64,000 bases of DNA from Eledone cirrhosa. Taxonomy: Eukaryota. Of the stretch, positions 29,450 to 42,999 are shown one piece after another. Position 1 is the first letter of the stretch; each line of letters opens with the position of its first letter. The translations under genes were made by a program, and so were the position numbers. A model generated the notes under the pieces. It was not told where the DNA came from, made no database searches, and saw only the letters and a list, made by a program, of their open reading frames with translations. The stretch is from NCBI GenBank assembly GCA_964016885.1, contig OZ024759.1:2108001-2172000 (forward strand), read 5' to 3'.

Positions 29450-32400
29450 CTATATTAGTAACATGACAAAGTCTATATTAGTAACATGACAAAGTCTATA
29501 TTAGTAACATGACAAAGTCTATATTAGTAGCATGACAAAGTCTATATTAGTAACATGACAAAGTCTATATTAGTAACATGGCAAAGTCTATATTAGTAAC
29601 ATGACAAAGTCTATATTAGTAACATGACACAGTCTATATTAGTAGCATGACAAAGTCTATATTAGTAACATGACAAAGTCTATATTAGTAGCATGACACA
29701 GTCTATATTAGTAACATGACAAAGTCTATATTAGTAACATGACAGTCTATATTAGTAACATGACACAGTCTATATTAGTAACATGACACAGTCTATATTA
29801 GTAACATGAGACAGTCTATATTAGTAACATGACAAAGTCTATATTAGTAACATGACACAGTCTATATTAGTAACATGACACAGTCTATATTAGTAACATG
29901 ACAAAGTCTATATTAGTAACATGACAAAGTCTATATTAGTAACATGACACAGTATATATTAGTAACATGACAGTCTATATTAGTAACATGACAGTCTACA
30001 TTAGTAACATGACACCGTCTATATTAGTAACATGACAAAGTCGATATTAGTAACGTGACAATGTCTATATTAGTAACATGACAAAGTCTATATTAGTAAC
30101 ATGACACAGCCTATATTACTAACATGACACAGTCTATATTAGTAACATGACACAGTCTATATTAGTAACATGACAAAGTCTATATTAGTAACATGACAAA
30201 GTCTATATTAGTAACATGACAAAGTCTATATTAGTAACATGACACAGTCTATATTAGTAACATGACACAGTCTATATTAGTAGCATGACACAGTCTATAT
30301 TAGTAACATGATACAGTCTATATTAGTAACATGACAAAGTCTATATTAGTAACATGACAAAGTCTATATTAGTAAAATGACAAAGTCTATATTAGTAACA
30401 TGACAAAGTCTTTATTAGTAACATGACACAGTCTATATTAGTAACATGACAAAGTCTATATTAGTAACATGACAAAGTCTATATTAGTAACATGACACAG
30501 TCTATATTAGTAACATCACACAGTCTATATTAGTAACATGACAAAGTCTATATTAGTAACATGACAAGGTCTATATTAGTAACATGACACAGTCTATATT
30601 AGTAACATGACACAGTCTATATTAGTAACATGACACAGTCTATATTAGTAACATGAGACAGTCTATATTAGTAACATGAGACAGTCTATATTAGTAGCAT
30701 GACAAAGTCTATATTAGTAACATGACACAGTCTACATTAGTAACATGACAAAGTCTATATTAGTAACATGACACAGTCTATATTAGTAACATGAGACAGT
30801 CTATATTAGTAACATGACTAAGTCTATATTAGTAACATGACACAGTCTATATTAGTAACATGACACAGTCTATATTAGTAACATGACAATGTCTATATTA
30901 GTAACATGACAAAGTCTATATTAGTAACATGACAAAGTCTATATTAGTAACATGACACAGTCTATATTTGTAACATGACGAAGTCTATATTAGTAACATG
31001 ACACAGTCTATATTAGTAACATGACACAGTCTATATTAGTAACATGACAAAGTCTATATTAGTAACATGACACAGTCTATATTAGTAACATGACAAAGTC
31101 TATATTAGTAACATGACACAGTCTATATTTGTAACATGACGAAGTCTATATTAGTAACATGACACAGTCTATATTAGTAACATGACACAGTCTATATTAG
31201 TAACATGACAAAGTCTATATTAGTAACATGACAAAGTCTATATTAGTAACATGACAAAGTCTATATTAGTAACATGACAAAGTCTATATTAGTAGCATCA
31301 CACAGTCTATATTAGCAACATGACAAAGTCTATATTAGTAACATGACAAAGTCTATATTAGTAACATGACAAAGTCTATATTAGTAACATGACAAAGTCT
31401 ATATTAGTAGCATGACAAAGTCTATATTAGTAACATGACAAAGTCTATATTAGTAACATGGCAAAGTCTATATTAGTAACATGACAAAGTCTATATTAGT
31501 AACATGACACAGTCTATATTAGTAGCATGACAAAGTCTATATTAGTAACATGACAAAGTCTATATTAGTAGCATGACACAGTCTATATTAGTAACATGAC
31601 AAAGTCTATATTAGTAACATGACAGTCTATATTAGTAACATGACACAGTCTATATTAGTAACATGACACAGTCTATATTAGTAACATGAGACAGTCTATA
31701 TTAGTAACATGACAAAGTCTATATTAGTAACATGACACAGTCTATATTAGTAACATGACACAGTCTATATTAGTAACATGACAAAGTCTATATTAGTAAC
31801 ATGACAAAGTCTATATTAGTAACATGACACAGTATATATTAGTAACATGACAGTCTATATTAGTAACATGACAGTCTACATTAGTAACATGACACCGTCT
31901 ATATTAGTAACATGACAAAGTCGATATTAGTAACGTGACAATGTCTATATTAGTAACATGACAAAGTCTATATTAGTAACATGACACAGCCTATATTACT
32001 AACATGACACAGTCTATATTAGTAACATGACACAGTCTATATTAGTAACATGACAAAGTCTATATTAGTAACATGACAAAGTCTATATTAGTAACATGAC
32101 AAAGTCTATATTAGTAACATGACACAGTCTATATTAGTAACATGACACAGTCTATATTAGTAGCATGACACAGTCTATATTAGTAACATGATACAGTCTA
32201 TATTAGTAACATGACAAAGTCTATATTAGTAACATGACAAAGTCTATATTAGTAAAATGACAAAGTCTATATTAGTAACATGACAAAGTCTTTATTAGTA
32301 ACATGACACAGTCTATATTAGTAACATGACAAAGTCTATATTAGTAACATGACAAAGTCTATATTAGTAACATGACACAGTCTATATTAGTAACATCACA

Positions 32401-32950
32401 CAGTCTATATTAGTAACATGACAAAGTCTATATTAGTAACATGACAAGGTCTATATTAGTAACATGACACAGTCTATATTAGTAACATGACACAGTCTAT
32501 ATTAGAAGTACCATGACACAGTCTATATTAGTAACATGAGACAGTCTATATTAGTAACATGAGACAGTCTATATTAGTAGCATGACAAAGTCTATATTAG
32601 TAACATGACACAGTCTACATTAGTAACATGACAAAGTCTATATTAGTAACATGACACAGTCTATATTAGTAACATGAGACAGTCTATATTAGTAACATGA
32701 CTAAGTCTATATTAGTAACATGACACAGTCTATATTAGTAACATGACACAGTCTATATTAGTAACATGACAATGTCTATATTAGTAACATGACAAAGTCT
32801 ATATTAGTAACATGACAAAGTCTATATTAGTAACATGACACAGTCTATATTTGTAACATGACGAAGTCTATATTAGTAACATGACACAGTCTATATTAGT
32901 AACATGACACAGTCTATATTAGTAACATGACAAAGTCTATATTAGTAACA
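29450..32950 (+). repeat. Near-tandem duplication with 1880-bp period
   Basis: aacgtg at 30055/31935. The atggcaaag, gcctatattactaac, atcacac and gacaaggtc variants occur in the same order in both copies. Confidence 0.8.
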
Positions 32951-33199
32951 TGACAAAGTCTATATTAGTAACATGACAAAGTCTATATTAGTAACATGAC
33001 AAAGTCTATATTAGTAGCATCACACAGTCTATATTAGCAACATGACAAAGTCTATATTAGTAACATGACACAGTCTATATTAGTAACATGACACAGTCTA
33101 TATTAGTAACATGACACAGTCTATATTAGTAACATGACAAAGTCTATATTAGTAACATGACAAAGTCTATATTAGTAACATGACAAAGTCTATATTAGT

Positions 33200-35100
33200 A
33201 ACATGACACAGTCTATATTAGTAACATGACACAGTCTATATTAGTAGCATGACACAGTCTATATTAGTAACATGATACAGTCTATATTAGTAACATGACA
33301 AAGTCTATATTAGTAACATGACAAAGTCTATATTAGTAAAATGACAAAGTCTATATTAGTAACATAACAAAGTCTTTATTAGTAACATGACACAGTCTAT
33401 ATTAGTAACATGACACAGTCTATATTAGTAACATGACAAAGTCTATATTAGTAACATGACACAGTCTATATTAGTAACATGACACAGTCTATATTAGTAA
33501 CATGACAAAGTCTATATTAGTAACATGACAAAGTCTATATTAGTAACATGACAAAGTCTATATTAGTAACATGACAAAGTCTATATTAGTAGCATGACAA
33601 AGTCTGTATTAGTAAAATGACAAAGTCTATATTAGTAACATGACAAAGTCTATATTAGTAACATGACAAAGTCTATATTAGTAACATGACACAGTCTATA
33701 TTAGTAACATGACAAAGTCTATATTAGTAGCATGACAAAGTCTATATTAGTAACATGACAAAGTCTATATTAGTAACATGACACAGTCTATATTAGTAAC
33801 ATGACACAGTCTATATTAGTAACATGACTAAGTCTATATTAGTAACATGACAATGTCTATATTAGTAACATGACAAAGTCTATATTAGTAACATGACACA
33901 GTCTATATTAGTAACATGACAGTCTATATTAGTAACATGACACAGTCTATATTAGTAACATGACACAGTCTATATTAGTAGCATGACAAAGTCTATATTA
34001 GTAACATGACACAGTGTATATTAGTAACATGACAAAGTCTATATTAGTAGCATGACAAAGTCTATATTAGTAACATGACACAGTCTATATTAGTAACATG
34101 ACACAGTCTATATTAGTAACATGACAGTCTATATTAGTAACATGACAAAGTCTATATTAGTAACATGACACAGTCTATATTAGTAGCATGACACAGTCTA
34201 TATTAGTAACATGATACAGTCTATATTAGTAACATGACAAAGTCTATATTAGTAACATGACAAAGTCTATATTAGTAAAATGACAAAGTCTATATTAGTA
34301 ACATAACAAAGTCTTTATTAGTAACATGACACAGTCTATATTAGTAACATGACACAGTCTATATTAGTAACATGACAAAGTCTATATTAGTAACATGACA
34401 CAGTCTATATTAGTAACATGACACAGTCTATATTAGTAACATGACAAAGTCTATATTAGTAACATGACAAAGTCTATATTAGTAACATGACAAAGTCTAT
34501 ATTAGTAACATGACAAAGTCTATATTAGTAGCATGACAAAGTCTGTATTAGTAAAATGACAAAGTCTATATTAGTAACATGACAAAGTCTATATTAGTAA
34601 CATGACAAAGTCTATATTAGTAACATGACACAGTCTATATTAGTAACATGACAAAGTCTATATTAGTAGCATGACAAAGTCTATATTAGTAACATGACAA
34701 AGTCTATATTAGTAACATGACACAGTCTATATTAGTAACATGACACAGTCTATATTAGTAACATGACTAAGTCTATATTAGTAACATGACAATGTCTATA
34801 TTAGTAACATGACAAAGTCTATATTAGTAACATGACACAGTCTATATTAGTAACATGACAGTCTATATTAGTAACATGACACAGTCTATATTAGTAACAT
34901 GACACAGTCTATATTAGTAGCATGACAAAGTCTATATTAGTAACATGACACAGTGTATATTAGTAACATGACAAAGTCTATATTAGTAGCATGACAAAGT
35001 CTATATTAGTAACATGACACAGTCTATATTAGTAACATGACACAGTCTATATTAGTAACATGACAGTCTATATTAGTAACATGACAAAGTCTATATTAGT
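33200..35100 (+). repeat. Tandem duplication with 939-bp period (41 monomers, two of them 21-bp)
   Basis: aacataac at 33365/34304. The ctgtattagtaaaatg, gactaag/gacaatg and cagtgtata variants repeat in the same order. 41x23-4 = 939. Confidence 0.8.
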
Positions 35101-38100
35101 AACATGACACAGTCTATATTAGTATCATGACAAAGTCTATATTAGTAACATGACAAAGTATATATTAGTAACATGACAAAGTCTATATTAGTAACATGAC
35201 AAAGTCTATATTAGTAACATGACACAGTCTATATTAGTGACATGACAGTCTATATTAGTAACATGACAGTCTACATTAGTAACATGACACAGTCTATATT
35301 AGTAACATGACAAAGTCTATATTAGTAGCATGACAAAGTCTATATTAGTAGCATGACAAAGTCTATATTAGTAATATGAAAAAGTCTATATTAGTAACAT
35401 GACAAAGTCTATATTAGTAACATGACACAGTCTACATTAGTAACATGACACAGTCTATATTAGTAACATGACAAAGTCGATTTTAGTAACATGACAATGT
35501 CTATATTAGTAACATGACAAAGTATATATTAGTAACATGACAAAGTCTATATTAGTAGCATGACAAAGTCTATATTAGTAACATGACTAAGTCTATATTA
35601 GTAACATGACAAAGTCTATATTAGTAACATGACACAGTCTATATTAGTAACATGACAAAGTCTATATTAGTAGCATGACAAAGTCTATATTAGTAACATG
35701 ACAAAGTCTATATTAGTAACATGACAAAGTCTATATTAGTAACATGACAAAGTCTATATTAGTAACATGACAAAGTCTATATTAGTAACATGACACAGTC
35801 TATATTAGTAACATGACAGTCTATATTAGTAACATGACAGTCTACATTCGTAACATGACACAGTCTATATTAGTAACATGACACAGTCTATATTAGTAGC
35901 ATGACAAAGTCTATATTAGTAACATGACACAGTCTATATTAGTAGCATGACACAGTCTATATTAGTAACATGACAAAGTCTATATTAGTAACATGACAAA
36001 GTCTATATTAGTAACATGACAAAGTCTATATTAGTAACATGACAAAGTCTATATTAGTAGCATGACAAAGTCTATATTAGTAACATGACAAAGTCTATAT
36101 TAGTAACATGGCAAAGTCTATATTAGTAACATGACAAAGTCTATATTAGTAACATGACACAGTCTATATTAGTAGCATGACAAAGTCTATATTAGTAACA
36201 TGACAAAGTCTATATTAGTAGCATGACACAGTCTATATTAGTAACATGACAAAGTCTATATTAGTAACATGACAGTCTATATTAGTAACATGACACAGTC
36301 TATATTAGTAACATGACACAGTCTATATTAGTAACATGAGACAGTCTATATTAGTAACATGACAAAGTCTATATTAGTAACATGACACAGTCTATATTAG
36401 TAACATGACACAGTCTATATTAGTAACATGACAAAGTCTATATTAGTAACATGACACAGTCTATATTAGTAACATGACACAGTCTATATTAGTAGCATGA
36501 CAAAGTCTATGTTAGTAACATGACACAGTCCATATTAGTAGCATCACACAGTCTATATTAGTAACATGACAAAGTCTATATTAGTAACATGACAAAGTCT
36601 ATATTAGTAACATGACAAAGTCTATATTAGTAACATGACAAAGTCTATATTAGTAACATGACAAAGTCTATATTAGTAACATGACAAAGTCTATATTAGT
36701 AACATGACACAGTCTATATTAGTAACATGACAGTCTATATTAGTAACATGACAGTCTACATTAGTAACATGACACAGTCTATATTAGTAACATGACAAAG
36801 TCGATATTAGTAACATGACAATGTCTATATTAGTAACATGACAAAGTCTATATTAGTAACATGACAAAGTCTATATTAGTAGCATGACAAAGTCTATATT
36901 AGTAACATGACAAAGTCTATATTAGTAACATGACAAAGTCTATATTAGTAACATGACACAGTCTATATTAGTAACATGACAAAGTCTATATTAGTAGCAT
37001 GACAAAGTCTATATTAGTAACATGACAAAGTCTATATTAGTAACATGACAAAGTCTATATTAGTAACATGACACAGTCTATATTAGTAACATGACAGTCT
37101 ATATTAGTAACATGACAGTCTACATTCGTAACATGACACAGTCTATATTAGTAACATGACACAGTCTATATTAGTAGCATGACAAAGTCTATATTAGTAA
37201 CATGACACAGTCTATATTAGTAGCATGACACAGTCTATATTAGTAACATGACAAAGTCTATATTAGTAACATGACAAAGTCTATATTAGTAACATGACAA
37301 AGTCTATATTAGTAACATGACAAAGTCTATATTAGTAGCATGACAAAGTCTATATTAGTAACATGACAAAGTCTATATTAGTAACATGGCAAAGTCTATA
37401 TTAGTAAAATGACAAAGTCTATATTAGTAACATGACACAGTCTATATTAGTAGCATGACAAAGTCTATATTAGTAACATGACAAAGTCTATATTAGTAGC
37501 ATGACACAGTCTATATTAGTAACATGACAAAGTCTATATTAGTAACATGACAGTCTATATTAGTAACATGACACAGTCTATATTAGTAACATGACACAGT
37601 CTATATTAGTAACATGAGACAGTCTATATTAGTAACATGACAAAGTCTATATTAGTAACATGACACAGTCTATATTAGTAACATGACACAGTCTATATTA
37701 GTAACATGACAAAGTCTATATTAGTAACATGACACAGTCTATATTAGTAACATGACACAGTCTATATTAGTAGCATGACAAAGTCTATGTTAGTAACATG
37801 ACACAGTCTATATTAGTAGCATCACATAGTCTATATTAGTAACATGACAAAGTCTATATTAGTAACATGACAAAGTCTATATTAGTAACATGACAAAGTC
37901 TATATTAGTAACATGACAAAGTCTATATTAGTAACATGACAGTCTATATTAGTAACATGACACAGTCTATATTAGTAACATGACACAGTCTATATTAGTA
38001 ACATGACAAAGTCTATATTAGTAACATGACAAAGTCTATATTAGTAACATGACAGTCTATATTAGTAACATGACAGTCTACATTCGTAACATGACACAGT

Positions 38101-41100
38101 CTATATTAGTAACATGACACAGTCTATATTAGTAGCATGACACAGTCTATATTAGTAACATGACACAGTCTATATTAGTAGCATGACAAAGTCTATATTA
38201 GTAACATGACAAAGTCTATATTAGTAACATGACACAGTCTATATTAGTAACATGACAAAGTCTATATTAGTAGCATGACAAAGTCTATATTAGTAACATG
38301 ACAAAGTCTATATTAGTAACATGACAAAGTCTATATTAGTAACATGACAAAGTCTATATTAGTAACATGACAAAGTCTATATTAGTAACATGACACAGTC
38401 TATATTAGTAACAAGACAGTCTATATTAGTAACATGACAGTCTACATTAGTAACATGACACAGTCTATATTAGTAACATGACAAAGTCGATATTAGTAAC
38501 ATGACAATGTCTATATTAGTAACATGACAAAGTCTATATTAGTAACATGACAAAGTCTATATTAGTAACATGACAAAGTCTATATTAGTAACATGACAAA
38601 GTCTATATTAGTAACATGACAAAGTCTATATTAGTAACATGACACAGTCTATATTAGTAACATGACAAAGTCTATATTAGTAGCATGACAAAGTCTGTAT
38701 TAGTAACATGACAGTCTATATTAGTAACATGACAAAGTCTATATTAGTAGCATGACAAAGTCTATATTAGTAGCATGACAAAGTCTATATTAGTAATATG
38801 AAAAAGTCTATATTATTACATGACAAAGTCTATATTAGTAACATGACACAGTCTATATTAGTAACATGACAAAGTCTATATTAGTAGCATGACAAAGTCT
38901 ATATTAGTAACATGACAAAGTCTATATTAGTAACATGACAAAGTCTATATTAGTAACATGACAAAGTCTATATTAGTAACATGACAAAGTCTATATTAGT
39001 AACATGACAAAGTCTATATTAGTAACATGACACAGTCTATATTAGTAACATGACAGTCTATATTAGTAACATGACAGTCTACATTAGTAACATGACACAG
39101 TCTATATTAGTAACATGACAAAGTCGATTTTAGTAACATGACAATGTCTATATTAGTAACATGACAAAGTCTATATTAGTAACATGACAAAGTCTATATT
39201 AGTAGCATGACAAAGTCTATATTAGTAACATGACTAAGTCTATATTAGTAACATGACAAAGTCTATATTAGTAACATGACACAGTCTATATTAGTAACAT
39301 GACAAAGTCTATATTAGTAGCATGACAAAGTCTATATTAGTAACATGACAAAGCCTATATTAGTAACATGACAAAGTCTATATTAGTAACATGACAAAGT
39401 CTATATTAGTAACATGACAAAGTCTATATTAGTAACATGACACAGTCTATATTAGTAACATGACAGTCTATATTAGTAACATGACAGTCTACATTCGTAA
39501 CATGACACAGTCTATATTAGTAACATGACACAGTCTATATTAGTAGCATGACAAAGTCTATATTAGTAACATGACACAGTCTATATTAGTAGCATGACAC
39601 AGTCTATATTAGTAACATGACAAAGTCTATATTAGTAACATGACAAAGTCTATATTAGTAACATGACAAAGTCTATATTAGTAACATGACAAAGTCTATA
39701 TTAGTAGCATGACAAAGTCTATATTAGTAACATGACAAAGTCTATATTAGTAACATGACACAGTCTATATTAGTAGCATGACACAGTCTATATTAGTAAC
39801 ATGACACAGTCTATATTAGTAACATGACAAAGTCTATATTAGTAACATGACAAAGTCTATATTAGTAACATGACAAAGTCTATATTAGTAACATGACACA
39901 GTCTATATTAGTAACATGACACAGTCTATATTAGTAGCATGACAAAGTCTATATTAGTAACATGACAATGTCTATATTAGTAACATGACAAAGTCTATAT
40001 TAGTAACATGACAAAGTCTATATTAGTAACATGACAAAGTCTATATTAGTAACATGACACAGTCTATATTAGTAACAAGACAGTCTATATTAGTAACATG
40101 ACAGTCTACATTAGTAACATGACACAGTCTATATTAGTAACATGACAAAGTCGATATTAGTAACATGACAATGTCTATATTAGTAACATGACAAAGTCTA
40201 TATTAGTAACATGACAAAGTCTATATTAGTAACATGACAAAGTCTATATTAGTAACATGACAAAGTCTATATTAGTAACATGACAAAGTCTATATTAGTA
40301 ACATGACACAGTCTATATTAGTAACATGACAAAGTCTATATTAGTAGCATGACAAAGTCTGTATTAGTAACATGACAGTCTATATTATTAACATGACAAA
40401 GTCTATATTAGTAGCATGACAAAGTCTATATTAGTAGCATGACAAAGTCTATATTAGTAATATGAAAAAGTCTATATTAGTAACATGACAAAGTCTATAT
40501 TAGTAACATGACACAGTCTATATTAGTAACATGACAAAGTCTATATTAGTAGCATGACAAAGTCTATATTAGTAACATGACAAAGTCTATATTAGTAACA
40601 TGACAAAGTCTATATTAGTAACATGACAAAGTCTATATTAGTAACATGACAAAGTCTATATTAGTAACATGACACAGTCTATATTAGTAACATGACAGTC
40701 TATATTAGTAACATGACAGTCTACATTAGTAACATGACACATTCTATATTAGTAACATGACAAAGTCGATTTTAGTAACATGACAATGTCTATATTAGTA
40801 ACATGACAAAGTCTATATTAGTAACATGACAAAGTCTATATTAGTAGCATGACAAAGTCTATATTAGTAACATGACTAAGTCTATATTAGTAACATGACA
40901 AAGTCTATATTAGTAACATGACACAGTCTATATTAGTAACATGACAAAGTCTATATTAGTAGCATGACAAAGTCTATATTAGTAACATGACAAAGCCTAT
41001 ATTAGTAACATGACAAAGTCTATATTAGTAACATGACAAAGTCTATATTAGTAACATGACAAAGTCTATATTAGTAACATGACACAGTCTATATTAGTAA

Positions 41101-42999
41101 CATGACAGTCTATATTAGTAACATGACAGTCTACATTCGTAACATGACACAGTCTATATTAGTAACATGACACAGTCTATATTAGTAGCATGACAAAGTC
41201 TATATTAGTAACATGACACAGTCTATATTAGTAGCATGACACAGTCTATATTAGTAACATGACAAAGTCTATATTAGTAACATGACAAAGTCTATATTAG
41301 TAACATGACAAAGTCTATATTAGTAACATGACAAAGTCTATATTAGTAGCATGACAAAGTCTATATTAGTAACATGACAAAGTCTATATTAGTAACATGG
41401 CAAAGTCTATATTAGTAACATGACAAAGTCTATATTAGTAACATGACACAGTCTATATTAGTAGCATGACAAAGTCTATATTAGTAACATGACAAAGTCT
41501 ATATTAGTAGCATGACACAGTCTATATTAGTAACATGACAAAGTCTATATTAGTAACATGACAGTCTATATTAGTAACATGACACAGTCTATATTAGTAA
41601 CATGACACAGTCTATATTAGTAACATGAGACAGTCTATATTAGTAACATGACAAAGTCTATATTAGTAACATGACACAGTCTATATTAGTAACATGACAC
41701 AGTCTATATTAGTAACATGACAAAGTATATATTAGTAACATGACACAGTCTATATTAGTAACATGACACAGTCTATATTAGTAGCATGACAAAGTCTATG
41801 TTAGTAACATGACACAGTCCATATTAGTAGCATCACACAGTCTATATTAGTAACATGACAAAGTCTATATTAGTAACATGACAAAGTCTATATTAGTAAC
41901 ATGACAAAGTCTATATTAGTAACATGACAAAGTCTATATTAGTAACATGACAAAGTCTATATTAGTAACATGACAAAGTCTATATTAGTAACATGACACA
42001 GTCTATATTAGTAACATGACAGTCTATATTAGTAACATGACAGTCTACATTAGTAACATGACACAGTCTTTATTAGTAACATGACAAAGTCGATATTAGT
42101 AACATGACAATGTCTATATTAGTAACATGACAAAGTCTATATTAGTAACATGACAAAGTCTATATTAGTAGCATGACAAAGTCTATATTAGTAACATGAC
42201 AAAGTCTATATTAGTAACATGACAAAGTCTATATTAGTAACATGACACAGTCTATATTAGTAACATGACAAAGTCTATATTAGTAGCATGACAAAGTCTA
42301 TATTAGTAACATGACAAAGTCTATATTAGTAACATGACAAAGTCTATATTAGTAACATGACAAAGTCTATATTAGTAACATGACAAAGTCTATATTAGTA
42401 ACATGACACAGTCTATATTAGTAACATGACAGTCTATATTAGTAACATGACAGTCTACATTCGTAACATGACACAGTCTATATTAGTAACATGACACAGT
42501 CTATATTAGTAGCATGACAAAGTCTATATTAGTAACATGACACAGTCTATATTAGTAGCATGACACAGTCTATATTAGTAACATGACAAAGTCTATATTA
42601 GTAAGTAACATGACAAAGTCTATATTAGTAACATGTCAAAGTCTATATTAGTAGCATGACAAAGTCTATATTAGTAACATGACAAAGTCTATATTAGTAA
42701 CATGGCAAAGTCTATATTAGTAACATGACAAAGTCTATATTAGTAACATGACACAGTCTATATTAGTAGCATGACAAAGTCTATATTAGTAACATGACAA
42801 AGTCTATATTAGTAGCATGACACAGTCTATATTAGTAACATGACAAAGTCTATATTAGTAACATGACAGTCTATATTAGTAACATGACACAGTCTATATT
42901 AGTAACATGACACAGTCTATATTAGTAACATGAGACAGTCTATATTAGTAACATGACAAAGTCTATATTAGTAACATGACACAGTCTATATTAGTAACA

